A stretch of 64,000 nt of DNA from Toensbergia leucococca. Taxonomy: Eukaryota. Below are positions 12,066-24,967 of the stretch, in pieces. How positions within the stretch are numbered: position 1 is the first letter of the stretch; every line of letters begins with the position of its first letter. The translations under genes and the position numbers were made by a program. The DNA lies in the NCBI GenBank assembly GCA_022813965.1, contig JALDZS010000009.1:62001-126000 (forward strand), read 5' to 3'. The notes under the pieces were generated by a model. That model was not told the origin of the DNA, did not search any database, and saw nothing but the letters and a program-made list of their open reading frames with translations.

Positions 12066-13962
12066 ATGCATCGTTCATCTGCTACCTTCTCCGTCGTTTC
12101 TCTTTTCATGACAGCCTTGATATTCGAATTCTCCACCTCTAATGCCCAGAATGCATACAACGAGTCAAGTGAGTTGAGTTCTGCTCTCCAGAATCTGGGT
12201 CGACCTAGTCTGAACAATTTCCCCAACCCGCATATCCTCAACTCGTCGACTGCTTCTTGTGCGCTAGCTGTGAGTATAATCACGCTCGGTCGTTGTTGTC
12301 TTTATACTAAGCATGTATTGCTTCCAAGTGTACAATTCTTAAATATGTTCTTGGTGACCTTGTCAGCGGTCCTGGAAACCTTTCCTACCATGGTCAAGAA
12401 TCACTTTACTGGTCAAGCCAGCAAGCAGAAGTTCTACCAGCCTGCTATGTACAACCATCAAGTGCCAAAGATGTTGCAGCAATCTTGCTTGTCACCGTCT
12501 TCTCTGACTGCCCTTTTGCTGTTAAGAGTGGAGGCCATGCTGCCTTTGCTGGCGCTTCCAACATCCAAGACGGCGTGACAATCGACCTTGGAAATCTACG
12601 AGACGTGCAGGTCTCGAGCGACAGGACCTTAACGCAAGTCGGAGCTGGCAACCACTGGTTCGATGTTTATAACGACCTGACGCCAATGGGCCTGACTGTG
12701 ATTGGCGGCCGAGTCGCAGCAATTGGTGTAGGGGGCCTAACACTTGGAGGTAGGAAAACCCACCTTACTATTAAGTATGAATAGACGGAGCCTCATCGTG
12801 TTTAAGGTGGTATATCCTTCTTCTCTGGTAATCACGGGTGGGCTTGTGACAATGTTAGAAACTACGAGGCAATACAATTCTATGGATATATGCCAGGATC
12901 CAGCTGACAGGATGATAGGTGGTGCTTGCGAACGCTCAAATCGTGAACGTCAATGTTGACTCTTATCCCGACCTCTATTGGGCTTTGAGAGGCGGTGGTA
13001 ACAATTTCGGGATTGTTACGCGCTTCGACCTTGAGACCTTCGAGCAGGGAAATATGTGGGGAGGCATGGCATTTTATCCAATCTCCGCAAACACTTCGAT
13101 ACTCGCAGCGTTTGAAACTTTTGCCAATAACGCTCCCAAAGATCCAGATGCTACTTTGATCAATGCATTTGCATACGCAGATGGTCAATTTATAGTTGGC
13201 AATGATTACGAATACGCCAAGCCTGTCGTCAACCCTCCGATCTTCCATGAGCTGATGGCCATTGAGAGTTTCCAGTCAACTCTACGCATCACAAACTTGA
13301 CGGATCTAGTATTAGAATTAAATACTTCCAACCCTAGTGGTTTCCGGTGAGCACAAGCACGTCTCTGAGAATACGAACTCTTTTGATCAAGGACGATCTC
13401 TAGGGAGACTTATTGGACATCCACTTTTAAAACTAGTGCTGTCCTGCAAAGCTCAATACTAGAACTCTTCGTCATGGAAGTAGAAGGCATCAAGGATGCC
13501 GTTGGTATCATTCCGGCATTGATTTTCGAGCCCATCACGAAGAACGTGATATCATACTTCAACAAGAACGGAGGTAATGCTTTGGGAATTGAAGATTCTG
13601 ATGGTCCCTTGACTTGTAAGGGGCTCGTTCTGACCTTTGCTATCCTCTTCAATATCTTCACTAAAATCTAATTATTCACAGTAATGAACATTGCGATAAT
13701 GTGGTCATCAATGGATGATGATGCCCGTATCCTCGCCGCTGCAAAGCTAATAACCGATGGCTCGATTACGACAGCCAAGGGAATGGGTCTTGACTTTAGA
13801 TTTTTATACCAGAACTACGCCGCGGAGGGACAGGATGTCTTTGATGGCTACGGACGGGATAACAAGAATCGATTGATAAATATCAGCAAGAAGTATGATC
13901 CGAGCGGTGTGTTCCAGAGATTGGAGCCAGGATACTTCAAGTTAAATCGTACAGAAAACTGA
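12066..13962 (+). CDS. Secreted FAD-linked oxidoreductase, berberine-bridge-enzyme/VAO family (about 5 introns)
   Basis: N-terminal signal-like segment; YWSSQQ..PACYVQP; FAVKSGGH covalent-FAD motif; GGRVAAIGVGGLTLGG; DLYWALRGGGNNFGIVTRF; C-terminal YQNYA..KKYDPSGVFQRL.PGYFKL. Confidence 0.92.
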
Positions 13963-14699
13963 AAAGGAGTCGAATGGCTTTATAAAGAGGGATGGATATC
14001 AAACTAATTAGCCAGCTACTAAGCAGCTCTAGCATATATGTTGAAGCTCCTAATGGTCGCTTGCTAAGATCTGATTTCAAGGGCACGATGTGGCAGTATG
14101 GCAAAAGCTCTATTAGAGGAAAGCCATCTTTCTTACATCTCTCACTCTCAAGTTCTTCTCTGTACTGATTCGTAGAAACGGTTTCTTGGGCTTGTTATAT
14201 AGCTGCTATTTAGACCTTGTCAGACAGGATGAGACAATATTCGGGAAATATCTAGCACAGGGGAGATGCATTAAGTTCGGGAAAGAGATTGCTGAGTCAT
14301 ATCAGACAGATAGCTTGTTGGATCTGTGTTATTAAAGTACCAACGGTCAGTTTTGAATTTGAACCTTCGAAATGAACAAGTGCATTATGAATGCTATTGG
14401 GAACTATGATATGCTACGTTAAGGTATGGAGTCTATCCTTATCTGACATGTTAGAGTAGATTTATCTTCACGCTACCTTGGTGACGGGCAATTCTAGCGC
14501 CACTCGCGCTACGATTCGGCTAAGCGAAGCCATAGAATACAGACTGGGCCAGAGTGTGGCTTGGTTAAGCTCACTACATACCTTACCATCCACCACTAAC
14601 ACCAACCACTGAGTCCTCCACGTCGCCGACATGGTCTATCTCATGTAATTCCGCCCCATCAAAGCCTTCTTGGTCTGTTAATATCCTCGATTCTTCACC

Positions 14700-17084
14700 A
14701 TGACCCACTACCCGCTCTTCTACTATGTACTGGACCTATTGCCTTCTCCCTCATACCTTTTCATACCATCAGGTACAAACATAGCTTACGCCCTTCTCTC
14801 TGTTGTATTGGCCTATCAACTACTTTATTCGCTAGAGTACTCTCTCCTCCCAATATCTGAATTTCTTTGGAATTGCTTGGTTTACCTCACCCCTTTGAGA
14901 CTTATCCATGCACTAGACAAGCCCTCCACCATGCCTTCAATCGACAACCCTGAGGAAAATCTCGAAAAGACCAGGCCACAAAAGCATGCCATCAAAAGTG
15001 AGGCACTGAGGCGCATATTTCGCTTGGATGGTCCCAATATTCTTACCACTTTTCAACGGGCTAGGACCTTGTCAGGCATGAATAATTTGTTTCAAGATAC
15101 GTCAACCGATAGCCTTCCAGGACTGGGAAATTGGGATAACTCTTGCTATCAGAATAGTATAATTCAGGCCTTCGCTTCATTGCCATCACTATTGACTTTC
15201 CTACGTCATACTGGACACGCATCAAACGTAGGGGAGCCGCGGTCTACAGGATATGCTTTGAAGGACACTATCTTGGAATTAAATGCTGCGTCAAACGCCG
15301 GGAAAAAGCTGTGGACGCCAGCCGAACTGAAGAGTATGAGTAGTTGGCAACAGCAAGATGCTCAGGAGTACTTCTCAAAAGTTCTAGATGAGGTAGAGAA
15401 GGAGACCTCGACGGGTGTTAAGCAGAAGCTCCGTAGCACTGGACTGGCTGGGATCGCAAGCTTGGGGTTTGATCCACGAACTTCGGAGGTTGGAGCTGGT
15501 GATGGAATTTCAAATGTTATAAAGGCGGCGCCACAAAAGGAATCTGTACTTCTTAATCAGTTGCCCACTGAGCTAGCGTCAATAATTGCCAAAAACCCTT
15601 TCGAAGGTCTATTAGCACAACGTGTTGGCTGTCTGCAGTGCGGCTTCGTTGAGGGTCTATCTCTCATTCCATTCAACTGCCTTACAGTACCATTGGGCAA
15701 GCATTGGATGTACGATGTTCGAACCTGTCTAGATGATTATACGGTTTTAGAACCAATCAAGGGAGTGGAGTGTGCCAAATGCACCCTTCTGCGCAACAAG
15801 ATGCAGCTGGAGCGACTACTTTACCAGCCACAAGATCAAGCTTCGACCGATGTTATTGCTACGGCGCCTCGATTATTGGGGGCATTACGTAGCTCCATCG
15901 AAGAGCGGCTGGAGGCAGTGGGAATAGCCTTGGACGAAGACGACTTTGCCGAGAATACCTTACTCAAGAAGTGTCAGATTCCTGCGAACAGTCGAGTTTC
16001 AACCACCAAATCTCGGCAAGCAGTCGTTGCACGCGCGCCCACATGCCTGGCTATTCATGTGAACCGAAGCCTCTTCGACGAAACTACTGGTGTGCAACGG
16101 AAGAACTTTGCAGAGGTGCGCTTTCCTAATACTCTTGATCTATCCCCTTGGTGTCTTGGAGATCAGCCGCCATTAGACGCTGGAGAAGAGGGGGCGGAGA
16201 CTTGGAACGTGGACCCGTCAACATCGATGCTAGTAGAGGAGCAGGACAAAATACCTGGAGAAAAAGGATTGTTACACAGGAAGATGTATCAGCTCCATGC
16301 TGTCATCACACACTACGGTCGCCACGAGAACGGTCACTACATCTGCTATAGAAAACGCCCCCAACCCTTCAGCCCAAGTAACGATTCAGTAAGCTCAGCT
16401 GAAGCAGCCGTCGACACATGGTGGTGTCTCAGCGATGACGAAGTTACAAAGGTCAGCGAAAGGATGGTCCTCGGCCAAGGCGGCGTCTTTATGCTCTTCT
16501 ACGAAAGGATTCAGCTGCCAGCTGTACCTGAACCTTTTACCAAGCATACCGAAAGCACTTCCGAGCAGCCACTTGTATCAGCAACAGAAGCTGAGACAGG
16601 ACTTCCGGACCACACAGGGACACAAAACCACGACACAATAGAAACAGACGGGACCCGAACCCCGGTTATCAAAGACCCTCTTTCGGCTACCTCATCTATG
16701 GCTCCCCTTTTACCTTTCCCATTTTCAGGCCCCGCATCCGGAAACCCCATGTCCCCACCACAAACTCCACTTCCCACCACTACAGACCTTGCTCCCCCGG
16801 CCCTCGATTCCCCACCAAATCACACAAATTCCACTACATCTCTCACTTTCATCCCTCTACCCAGACCGCCAACCATCGCCTCTCCACTATCGATATCCTC
16901 CTCCTCTACATCTTCCCTCCCCATTCCATCCTCTCCTCCCCAACCCACAGACCCAGCCCAAGAACCCCGCAAACCAAACCCGCCCATGCGGACCGCCGGC
17001 CCCCGCAACGCGCGATCAAGAGGCAGCGTCAGCAGAGCTGGGAACGCGATGGGGGGTGCTGGGGCGATGGTGGAGGCGAATTGA
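14700..17084 (+). CDS. Ubiquitin-specific protease (C19) with N-terminal membrane segment, Ubp1/USP30-like
   Basis: Cys box GLGNWDNSCYQNSIIQ, QQQDAQEYF, His box HAVITHYGRHENGHYICYR, WWCLSDDEV, FMLFYE. Confidence 0.93.
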   Translation: MTHYPLFYYVLDLLPSPSYLFIPSGTNIAYALLSVVLAYQLLYSLEYSLLPISEFLWNCLVYLTPLRLIHALDKPSTMPSIDNPEENLEKTRPQKHAIKSEALRRIFRLDGPNILTTFQRARTLSGMNNLFQDTSTDSLPGLGNWDNSCYQNSIIQAFASLPSLLTFLRHTGHASNVGEPRSTGYALKDTILELNAASNAGKKLWTPAELKSMSSWQQQDAQEYFSKVLDEVEKETSTGVKQKLRSTGLAGIASLGFDPRTSEVGAGDGISNVIKAAPQKESVLLNQLPTELASIIAKNPFEGLLAQRVGCLQCGFVEGLSLIPFNCLTVPLGKHWMYDVRTCLDDYTVLEPIKGVECAKCTLLRNKMQLERLLYQPQDQASTDVIATAPRLLGALRSSIEERLEAVGIALDEDDFAENTLLKKCQIPANSRVSTTKSRQAVVARAPTCLAIHVNRSLFDETTGVQRKNFAEVRFPNTLDLSPWCLGDQPPLDAGEEGAETWNVDPSTSMLVEEQDKIPGEKGLLHRKMYQLHAVITHYGRHENGHYICYRKRPQPFSPSNDSVSSAEAAVDTWWCLSDDEVTKVSERMVLGQGGVFMLFYERIQLPAVPEPFTKHTESTSEQPLVSATEAETGLPDHTGTQNHDTIETDGTRTPVIKDPLSATSSMAPLLPFPFSGPASGNPMSPPQTPLPTTTDLAPPALDSPPNHTNSTTSLTFIPLPRPPTIASPLSISSSSTSSLPIPSSPPQPTDPAQEPRKPNPPMRTAGPRNARSRGSVSRAGNAMGGAGAMVEAN

Positions 17085-17589
17085 ATTTGTTGGGTGGGAC
17101 TAGGGAAAAGGGAGGTTTTTGTGGGCGTCATTTTTGGAGATGGAGGGGGCGTTTTTTTTGGTGTGTGTAGGGGCTTACCCCTAGGCATATCAGGAAGTGA
17201 GGAGGTATACCCGATCATTGGATTCTTTGGCCCTTTTTGTTTGCGGGACTGGGGGCGTTTCTACCTTGGTAGGAGCATCCGAGTTTTCTTCCTACCCATT
17301 ACTTTCAATGATGAATTGATGCTGAGTTTGTGTGAACCCGTATTTTCGTAAAATCTACCACCAACGTTGGATTAGCGCATCATGTGGCCAGATATGCTTG
17401 CAGATTTAATAATGTGTTCACTTACACTAGAAGAGATGATCCGTATGGTGTCAATAGGTGAACTTCATCAAGTATAAAAGCATATGCCCTTATATGACGC
17501 AGATCATACAAATATGCTCCATTCGGTGTGGACATCATCTGTAGACTGCCATGTCAAGATCTCCCCTCTCCCCATTCCCTCTCCGACGA

Positions 17590-19775
17590 CTAGCGCTCCT
17601 CCCTCTCCCTCGCTCTCTTCTTGCTCTCCTCCACGCCCCCACCACCAGGCACATAGCGGTCAATTTCCACGAACCTCTTCTCCTCCCTAGCAGGTCTATC
17701 CCTATCCCTGTCTCTCTCCCTGTCCCTCTCCCTGTCCCTGTCCCTATCTCTTTCCCTCTCCCTCCCATCGCGCTCATAGCGTTTTGCCTCCCTGCTCCTC
17801 CCGTTACGTTCACGATCATACCCTTTTTCGTCCCTAGGAGCTCTTCCACTGCGACTATCTCGTTCCCGCTCGTAAACCTTTCCCTCCCTGGTACTTCGAT
17901 CCCTGCCATGGTCTCGTTCCCGTTCGCGCTCATAGCCTTTGTCTTCCCTGACGCTCCTCTCCCTCCCTCCATCTCTTTTCCGGTCCCGGTCATAGCCCTT
18001 CTCCTCCCTCGGGGCCCTCCCCCCTTGACTCTCCCTCTCCCGTTCATAGCCCCTCCTTGCTCCTCCCCCGAGCCCGTCCCTTCCAGGAACATACCGATCA
18101 ATCTCCACCGGACTCTTCGCCCTGCCAGCTCCATCATTCCACCCTCCCCTCTCACGTATAGGCCCTGGCTCTCGACTACGCGAACGACTTAGATGGTGCC
18201 GAGTTTGATGTTGGCTGTGGTGTGAGGGGTCGGGATGCTGGTGATGAGAGGCGTCGCGGTGATGGTGGAGCGGTGGTCTTTCACGACTACGGCTGAGGGT
18301 GCGGGCAGCGCGCTTGTAGGCTTCGGCTTCGGCTTCACGTTGGCGGGCTGCTTGGACTTTGAAGGTAGCTTTTGCGTCGAGTTCGGATTTCTGGGTTTGC
18401 GATAGGAGGTGAGAGGAGTGGTGAGGGGAGCCGGAGCGGTGGTGGTGGCGGCGGAAGTTGAGGTCGTGGCTGCGGCTGCGGCTGCGAGAGGAGCGGTGGG
18501 AGGGATAAAGAGGGAAGCTGGAGGTGGTGGTGGTTTGGGGTGGTTTGGGCGGTTGGATGCTGGGGGTTTCAGGGGGTTTCTGGGTGTTCGTGGATTCGGG
18601 GATTTTCGGTCTGAGGAGCTGACCTTTGCGGGGTGGTGGTTCGAGGGAGGCGGATCGCTCGAGATCAGGTTTCTGGGGGACAGATTTGGCAGCTAGCTCG
18701 CGGCCTTCCTTTATAAGGAGCTCAAGGGCGGCTTCTTCGAGGGCTTTTTCGTCGACTTGGGGTGTTGAGGTTTGCGTCGGGGTTGGTGTTGCTAATTTCT
18801 CCAGTGATTTGCTTTGAAGTGTCCGTGTGGCCTCCTCGATACCCCTACTGAGATCTTCAGGTTCGCGGTGTCTGGATCTCGCCCAGCCTCGACTTTGGTC
18901 TTGGCTGTGGTCTCGGCTTCTTTCTTCTTCCTTCATCCGTCTCTCATAGCGATCTCGTCTTTCTCGCTGTCTCTGATAGTCCTGTTCTTTTTCGGCGGCT
19001 TTCTGGGCCTCGCGCTCCAATTTTCTCTTTTCCTCCTTGACCTCCTCTTCCTTCCGTTTCTCATCTGCACTCCGCAATCTCTCTAGTTCAAGCTTCGTCT
19101 TCTTCTCCTCTGCCCGCAGTTTCTCCATCTCGTCTTCCCTTCGTTTGCGAGCCTCGTCAAGTTTTCGTTGCTTCTCTCTAGCTTCCCTTCTTACCAGTGC
19201 TTCGCTTGCATATTCTTCGTCGGTTTTAGCGCCCAATCTTTCTTCCTCGGTGGCCGCGACTTCTCCCACCTCCGCTCTCCGTATCTCTCGTGCTGCATTC
19301 CTGACGTGGCTGACATGTTCTTCGATGGCTGCGTCGATAGCGGCTTCGACGCCTTTGTAGATGTCGCTACGGTCGACAGCTCCTTCAATCAAAGTTGCTG
19401 CTTTGCCACGGTCTCTCGACAGCAAGGAAGGTTCACGATCAATTTCGGACTCAGCGACGTCGGTTAACGCGGTAGTGAAGGCTGTCTTGGCGTCCTGACA
19501 TAGTGGATGAAGATATTAGCAATCAATGCGGACTAGGACCACTCCACCAAAAGACATACGCTTTCCGCATAGCTTGACCACACTTTCTTCCTCAATGCAT
19601 CGTATTCGCCCTTCTTCTTAATTGTGTGGAGCAAGCTGTCAATCGATGACCGTTGGATTACATTGAGTGGAAGCTCAGAACTCTTGAATCTCTTTCGCGA
19701 ACCAATGTTCGGCTCTTCAAGTGGCCTCTTGCCAGGCACCATATCCGTAGATATTGGATCTGCCTGCATCGCCAT
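17590..19775 (-). CDS. COMPASS Shg1/BOD1-domain protein with long RE/RD-rich tail (one intron, ~19496-19559)
   Basis: LLHTIKKKGEYDALRKKVW|DAKTAFTTALTDVAESEIDREPSLLSRDRGKAATLIEGAVDRS; repeated VEIDRYVPG in the tail. Confidence 0.8.
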
Positions 19776-20056
19776 CACTTGCTTTGTACGGATTGTGTCA
19801 AAGGCATGGATTGAATGTAGTTTGGTATGAAAATTCAGAAATGTTTAGAGGAGGGAGGTCATGACCTGCAATGCCAAGGCGCGCTAAATCAGAGCTTCCT
19901 GGTGGACAAGCTCCACCTCCACTGATCCACAAGATCAATTTGTCACAAGCCCTCATCCTGCCACGGACAAGCCTCAATATAAACTGAATTCCACCTCTCC
20001 TTCTGTCAAAGGAGCATATACATCGTCATCGTCCTGCGCCCTACATTACGGACACA

Positions 20057-20407
20057 ATGGTACACAAGATCTTATTTTGGAGTGGCTTCGGTAAGTCAAC
20101 ACTTTGTTTGGGTTCACTCTAGTCATGCTAGATGCTGATAAACGCAACTGCAGGCCTTGCAGTACGGTTCTGGCAGCTTGGAATTGAGATGCGGCCATTC
20201 TTCAACAAAGAGTCACTCTGGGCCTGGCCAATGTTCGCTGCTGTGGGGGGAAGCTTTGGGTATTGGTTGACTGGGGTTGAAAATCGACAGCTGCAGATAC
20301 TGGCAGATAGAAGGAGTGCATTGATGGAGAAGAGGAAGCGGAGAGCTGAGAGAGAGGGTGCATCAGAGAAGGTGGAAGAAGCAGGGATACTTGCAAGCAC
20401 GTCCTAA
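20057..20407 (+). CDS. NADH:ubiquinone oxidoreductase small accessory subunit (NDUFC2/B14.5b-like), one intron
   Basis: MVHKILFWSGFG|LAVRFWQLGIEMRPFF..LWAWPMFAAVGGSFGYWLTGVENRQ. Confidence 0.88.
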
Positions 20408-21034
20408 GTAATATGGAGACCTGGACCCATGAATGGCCTATTATCATCGGGGGCGGCTCTGAAAGTACGAGGACTGGTCTGGCTTTCTTATGGGATATGG
20501 CTTTCTATGGAGTTAACGCTCATATCATTTGTCTCTGCCGTGTGGGCGATATTGTGCTGTTTAAAAATGAAGAACACTACTTTTCCAGAGACAAAACACT
20601 CCACGCAATCAATCGTTTTGGACCGTGCCAGATCTGCTTGTTGAGCAGATGCGTGAGTCTTCATTGATTGGTATTGCTCTCAAGAGAAAACAGCCATTAC
20701 CCTTACAAGAAATTGTTTTGTTTTCTCTGCACGCCTTCTGGGGCCTTTTACTATGGTAGCCTGACTTACCGAAGAGCTCCTGTTCAACAGTCCTGCTGAT
20801 GGGTTTTCCCAAGTGTGAAAAGCACTCGTTTACCTAAGTTTGATTTTTCAAGCTGCACGATATACGAACAAATAAGGCCAAATTGGCAATCTGGCAGAAT
20901 AAGAGGAGAACTGACTATCAAAGCTGCAAGACCATTCTGCAGTACCTTGTAGATTTATGTGAAAACAATTGAAACATGAGAATCATCTAAGTCTCTCAGC
21001 CTTACCCCGTATTAGAGTAGTGGGGAATTTCGAC

Positions 21035-21064
21035 GGACTCATGTGGACTCATTTGGACTCATTT
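21035..21064. repeat. Three tandem 10-bp units GGACTCAT(G/T)T just upstream of the eIF2B-delta start
   Basis: ggactcatgt ggactcattt ggactcattt. Confidence 0.8.
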
Positions 21065-21148
21065 CCAAATTGTTCCATCCCCAACCGAAAAACGCCTTTC
21101 GCACTGTATACACTCGTTCGCGGCGCAAGAAGCTTGCTTTAATCTATC

Positions 21149-22720
21149 ATGGTGCCCTTCGAAGCTGGGAGTGACCTAAATGCTGTCTCTAGTGGCAAAG
21201 AGTCAACAGGGCCAAAAGCTACAACGAATGGGGATACCACAAATTCAAGAGTTGATAGATCACCAACAGTAGGAGACCAGAAGCCCCAGAGTGGTTCCAG
21301 AGGAGTGCCGAAGCCGGTAGAGGGGTCAAAAGAAGGCAGTATCTCGAACGCCGAGGCAAAAAGGAGGGCGAAAGCGGATAAAATTGCGAGGAGGGCGCAA
21401 GAAAAACAAGAGAAAGAGCCACCAATCAAGGCCGAGCAACAGGGCGGTGGGAAGACCAACTCAGGGAAAGATACGGGGAGAAGAGGCTCAGTAACCCCAG
21501 CATCAACCATTCTTCCATCGAAGGGTCAAACCAAGAAGACTGGATCTACAACTGCCAGTACGCAAAAACCCTTACCACATCGATCAGCCCAGCCTCAATC
21601 AATTCCTATCATAGAAAAGCCGAAAAAAGAAAGCAAAAAGGTCGCCTTATTCGGGCATTTATATGGACACGCAAGAAGAACAACAATTGCAGGGGCTAGT
21701 AAGGATGTGCATCCAGCAGTCCTCGCACTGGGACTACAAATGAGCAATTATGTCATATGTGGAAGTAATGCACGATGCCTTGCTACTCTGTTGGTATTCA
21801 AAAGGGTCAGTGTGGACATGAGATCATGATCGAGGCTGTGATTGACTTCTGTGTAGGTCATTGAATCATATATTACTCCCCCACAAAACTCACTACCACG
21901 CCATCTTACCTCTCATCTATCATCACAAATTGACTACCTTGTGTCGTGTAGACCCCTTTCCGTATCCATGGGAAATGCCATCCGGTGGCTAAAGGTCGAA
22001 ATCAGCAGCGTTGATCCAGATACCCCTGAATCCAAGGCGAAAGCTGATTTATGCGATGCTATTGACAATTTCATCAGAGAGAGAATCACTGTTGCTGATC
22101 AGGTCATCGCAACCAGTGCTGCTGAGAAGATCAAGGACGGCGATGTTATCCTAACATTTGCTAAAAGCAGCATCGTTCAACAAACTCTTGTGGAGGCATA
22201 TCGCCGGGGCATCAAATTCAGGGTCATTGCTGTTGACTCAAGACCATTGTTCGAAGGCAAAAACCTGGCTCGCGCTCTGGCAAATCTTGGGCTCGAGGTG
22301 CAGTACTCTCTCACCCACGCTATTAGCCATGTAATTAGAGACGCAACCAAGGTATTCTTGGGTGCACACGCCATGATGAGCAACGGAAGGTTATACTCCA
22401 GAGTCGGAACCGCACTCGTGGCCATGATGGCCAAAGAAGCCGATATACCCGTCATCGTGTGCTGCGAGAGCGTCAAGTTCACCGAAAAGGTAGCCCTCGA
22501 CAGCATTGTTATGAACGAAGTGGCTCCTCCCGACGAGCTGGTGATTCAAGGCGAAAGCTCTTCGCCGCTTTCGAAGTGGCGGGATACATCGAATCTTCAA
22601 CTGCTCAATTTGATGTATGACGTTACACCGGCCGAGTACATCACTATGGTCATCACCGAGTATGGATCTTTACCGCCGAGCTCTGTACCCGTTGTGCACC
22701 GGTTGAGCACCAACACTTGA
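21149..22720 (+). CDS. GCD2: Translation initiation factor eIF2B delta subunit (one intron, ~21806-21857)
   Basis: VHPAVLALGLQM..ICGSNARC, CRPLSVSMGNAIRWLK, VDSRPLFEGK, GAHAMMSNGRLYSRVGTA, YDVTPAEYI, LPPSSVPVV. Confidence 0.95.
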
Positions 22721-23355
22721 AGAAATCTGGTGTCTTCAGTTCGGAGGGATTTTTCCTTTTGAAACTGGAAATCCACCCTGGAGGGATGGCCCTGCAACTC
22801 TCTCGATGCTGCATCTCATCACACGCAAAAGAGAAGTCGTTCCGCCTAATCACACTATGTGCTGTGCTTCATTGTATTGCAACTTGCAAAGCATACTGCA
22901 TTTTTTACGAGCCTGATGTCTGGGCATCTGTACAGCTCTAGGGACAGATAACGCAAGCTAGCGTTCAGTGTAGTCAGATTTGATGCCACCGCACTGTTCC
23001 TATCCTCCTGTTTTGCCGGCACAACTCGACTTTCTGTTGGCGGCCACGAAAGACCTCTGTATCGTTAACTTTCACTGATTCCTCGAATTCTCTTCAAATC
23101 GACCACTCCACATATTCTTGCAGAGAAGAACACGGACGGCAAGTTAGAGTGTACTTATGCCCTCAGGTCTCTAGTTTGGAGCGAAGGGATTCCTTTCAAA
23201 AGGAGCACGGCGATTAGCATACAAGAGCGATGGTTTTTGTACTTTGAAACTATTCTAGACGAAATGGGGAATAAAAAATCTACAAGTCTATGGATTCATC
23301 AGTGCAAAGCGCTCTAGTTCCGGTATAAAAAAATCGCTCATGGGATGTGATACAA

Positions 23356-24614
23356 CTAGGTCGTCTCCACGGCATCTTTCGCTTCCAGAGGTGCACCAAC
23401 AACCCCATCAACCTTCTCCTCCCCGTCCACAGATCGGCCAATATGTTCTTCCTCTTCCTCTTTAAGGCTCATTTCCTCGCCTCCTTTCAGATACCCCTCC
23501 GACTCCCCAATCCGCTTTCCCCCTTTGACCCATCTCTCAAGCTGCTCGCTCCTCCTTTGCTCCGCAAGGCCGTTCAGCGCAGGCCAGTACACTTTGTGAT
23601 CATACTCAAATTTCACGTCGCCGCCGTTATTGGAGAGAAGTTGCTCCGGAGGCACATGCTGGCGCATGTCTTCATTGAATTTCAGTTTGTCGCGCGTTAT
23701 GGGGTCGATGAAGGGGGAAATGACTCTGAAGAAGGCCGTCATGAACCATGGGACTGTTGCGAAATAGTCTATTAGCAACGATTCTAATCCTTCTCTTGTC
23801 AGGATCGTGGAGATGATGTGCTCATCTTACCGTTGAGCACCAGTGCACGTCCCAACCGCTCCGGGTAATGCATTTGCAGAATATTCAAAGTCTGCCTTCC
23901 TTGCCCTACACTCGCATTGCCTCCAGCGCTACTGTCCTTGAAATTAATCAGCAAACTCAACGTCTCCTGCCCCGGCCCCATCAGATCAATTGTCCGCTCT
24001 AGCATGAATACCAGATGCTGAATCTGCCGATCACTCCGCTTGGTGTTCTGCCTCGCCGGATTGAGATACAAGCACGGCCTCGCGGCGATGTCGTAGCCGA
24101 GAATGACTTGCTTGCCCGTTTCGTTTTCGGGAGAGATGAAGTCGGGCGTGTGCTTCTCGACGCCATATTCACGGCGCCAGGCTAGGGTTCCTAAGAGGCG
24201 GGTGGCAGAATCCGGGACAGACCATTTTGTGGCGCGGAGGTAGCGTAAGAGACATTCGCGCGTTAGCCATTGGCGTTCAGAATCGGTGAGGGGGGTGACG
24301 GGGCTGTTCTTGGCCGACGTGGTGGGGATAGTGGTCCAGGAGGTAACGGTTTGGAGGAGGAGGGCGTATTTTGTGGACTGGTCGGTTGTGAGGGGTGTGA
24401 TTGGAGCGGGTTTCGAGGTGGGATAGGGACTTTCGAAGGGGACTTGGACGATGTTTTCTGTTGATGGGTCTGCGAGAGTTGGACTTTGCTGTGGAGCTTT
24501 CTTGGAGAGTTCTGTGGACCCATTACTGTGGGGCTCGATCTGTAGTGCTGCTTTCTCGTCCTCAACAGGTTTCTGTAGGCCTTCAAGGGGAGTAGTCGGA
24601 GCAGTTGTCGCCAT
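23356..24614 (-). CDS. PDR16: CRAL-TRIO/Sec14-family phosphatidylinositol transfer protein, Pdr16/Pdr17-like (one intron, ~23754-23830)
   Basis: WLTRECLLRYLRATKW, ENETGKQVILGYD, RPCLYLNPARQNT, LQMHYPERLGRA, PFIDPITRDKLKFNED. Confidence 0.92.
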
Positions 24615-24967
24615 GGCTATTCCTTCTCGTATCGAGGCGGCCTCGGAGGAGCTGTAGGATATTATTGTAGCAGTGTATGAAAAGAAAAACTCAATGATTG
24701 ACTCTACAGCACGGTCGTGGGTAGATTGTCAGCCCCAGCCCCCGAGAGAAATTCTGGGCCGCCTTCAATGTGCGGATGTACACCGCCGCCTTCGGAGAAC
24801 GGAGCAGCTGTAAATCCGTAAGTAGAATAGAAATCGCGAGACTGACGCCCAATTCGTGGCGCGTCACGTCATTTCACCACTTTAACCCCCCAAAAAGCTC
24901 ATATTTAGAGCGCTCAACTCCAAGAGGGTTTTGGTGACATTCGACCATACGGATAAGGGTACCCAAT

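Noticed and set aside
17535..18192. 206-aa and 213-aa ORFs overlapping the Shg1/BOD1-domain gene
   Set aside because: Alternative-frame and antisense shadows of the RE/RD-repeat tail; low-complexity purine-rich sequence lacks stops.
20735..20765. GCCTTTTAC, matching U5 snRNA loop 1
   Set aside because: No convincing flanking stem or Sm site; a 9-mer can occur by chance.
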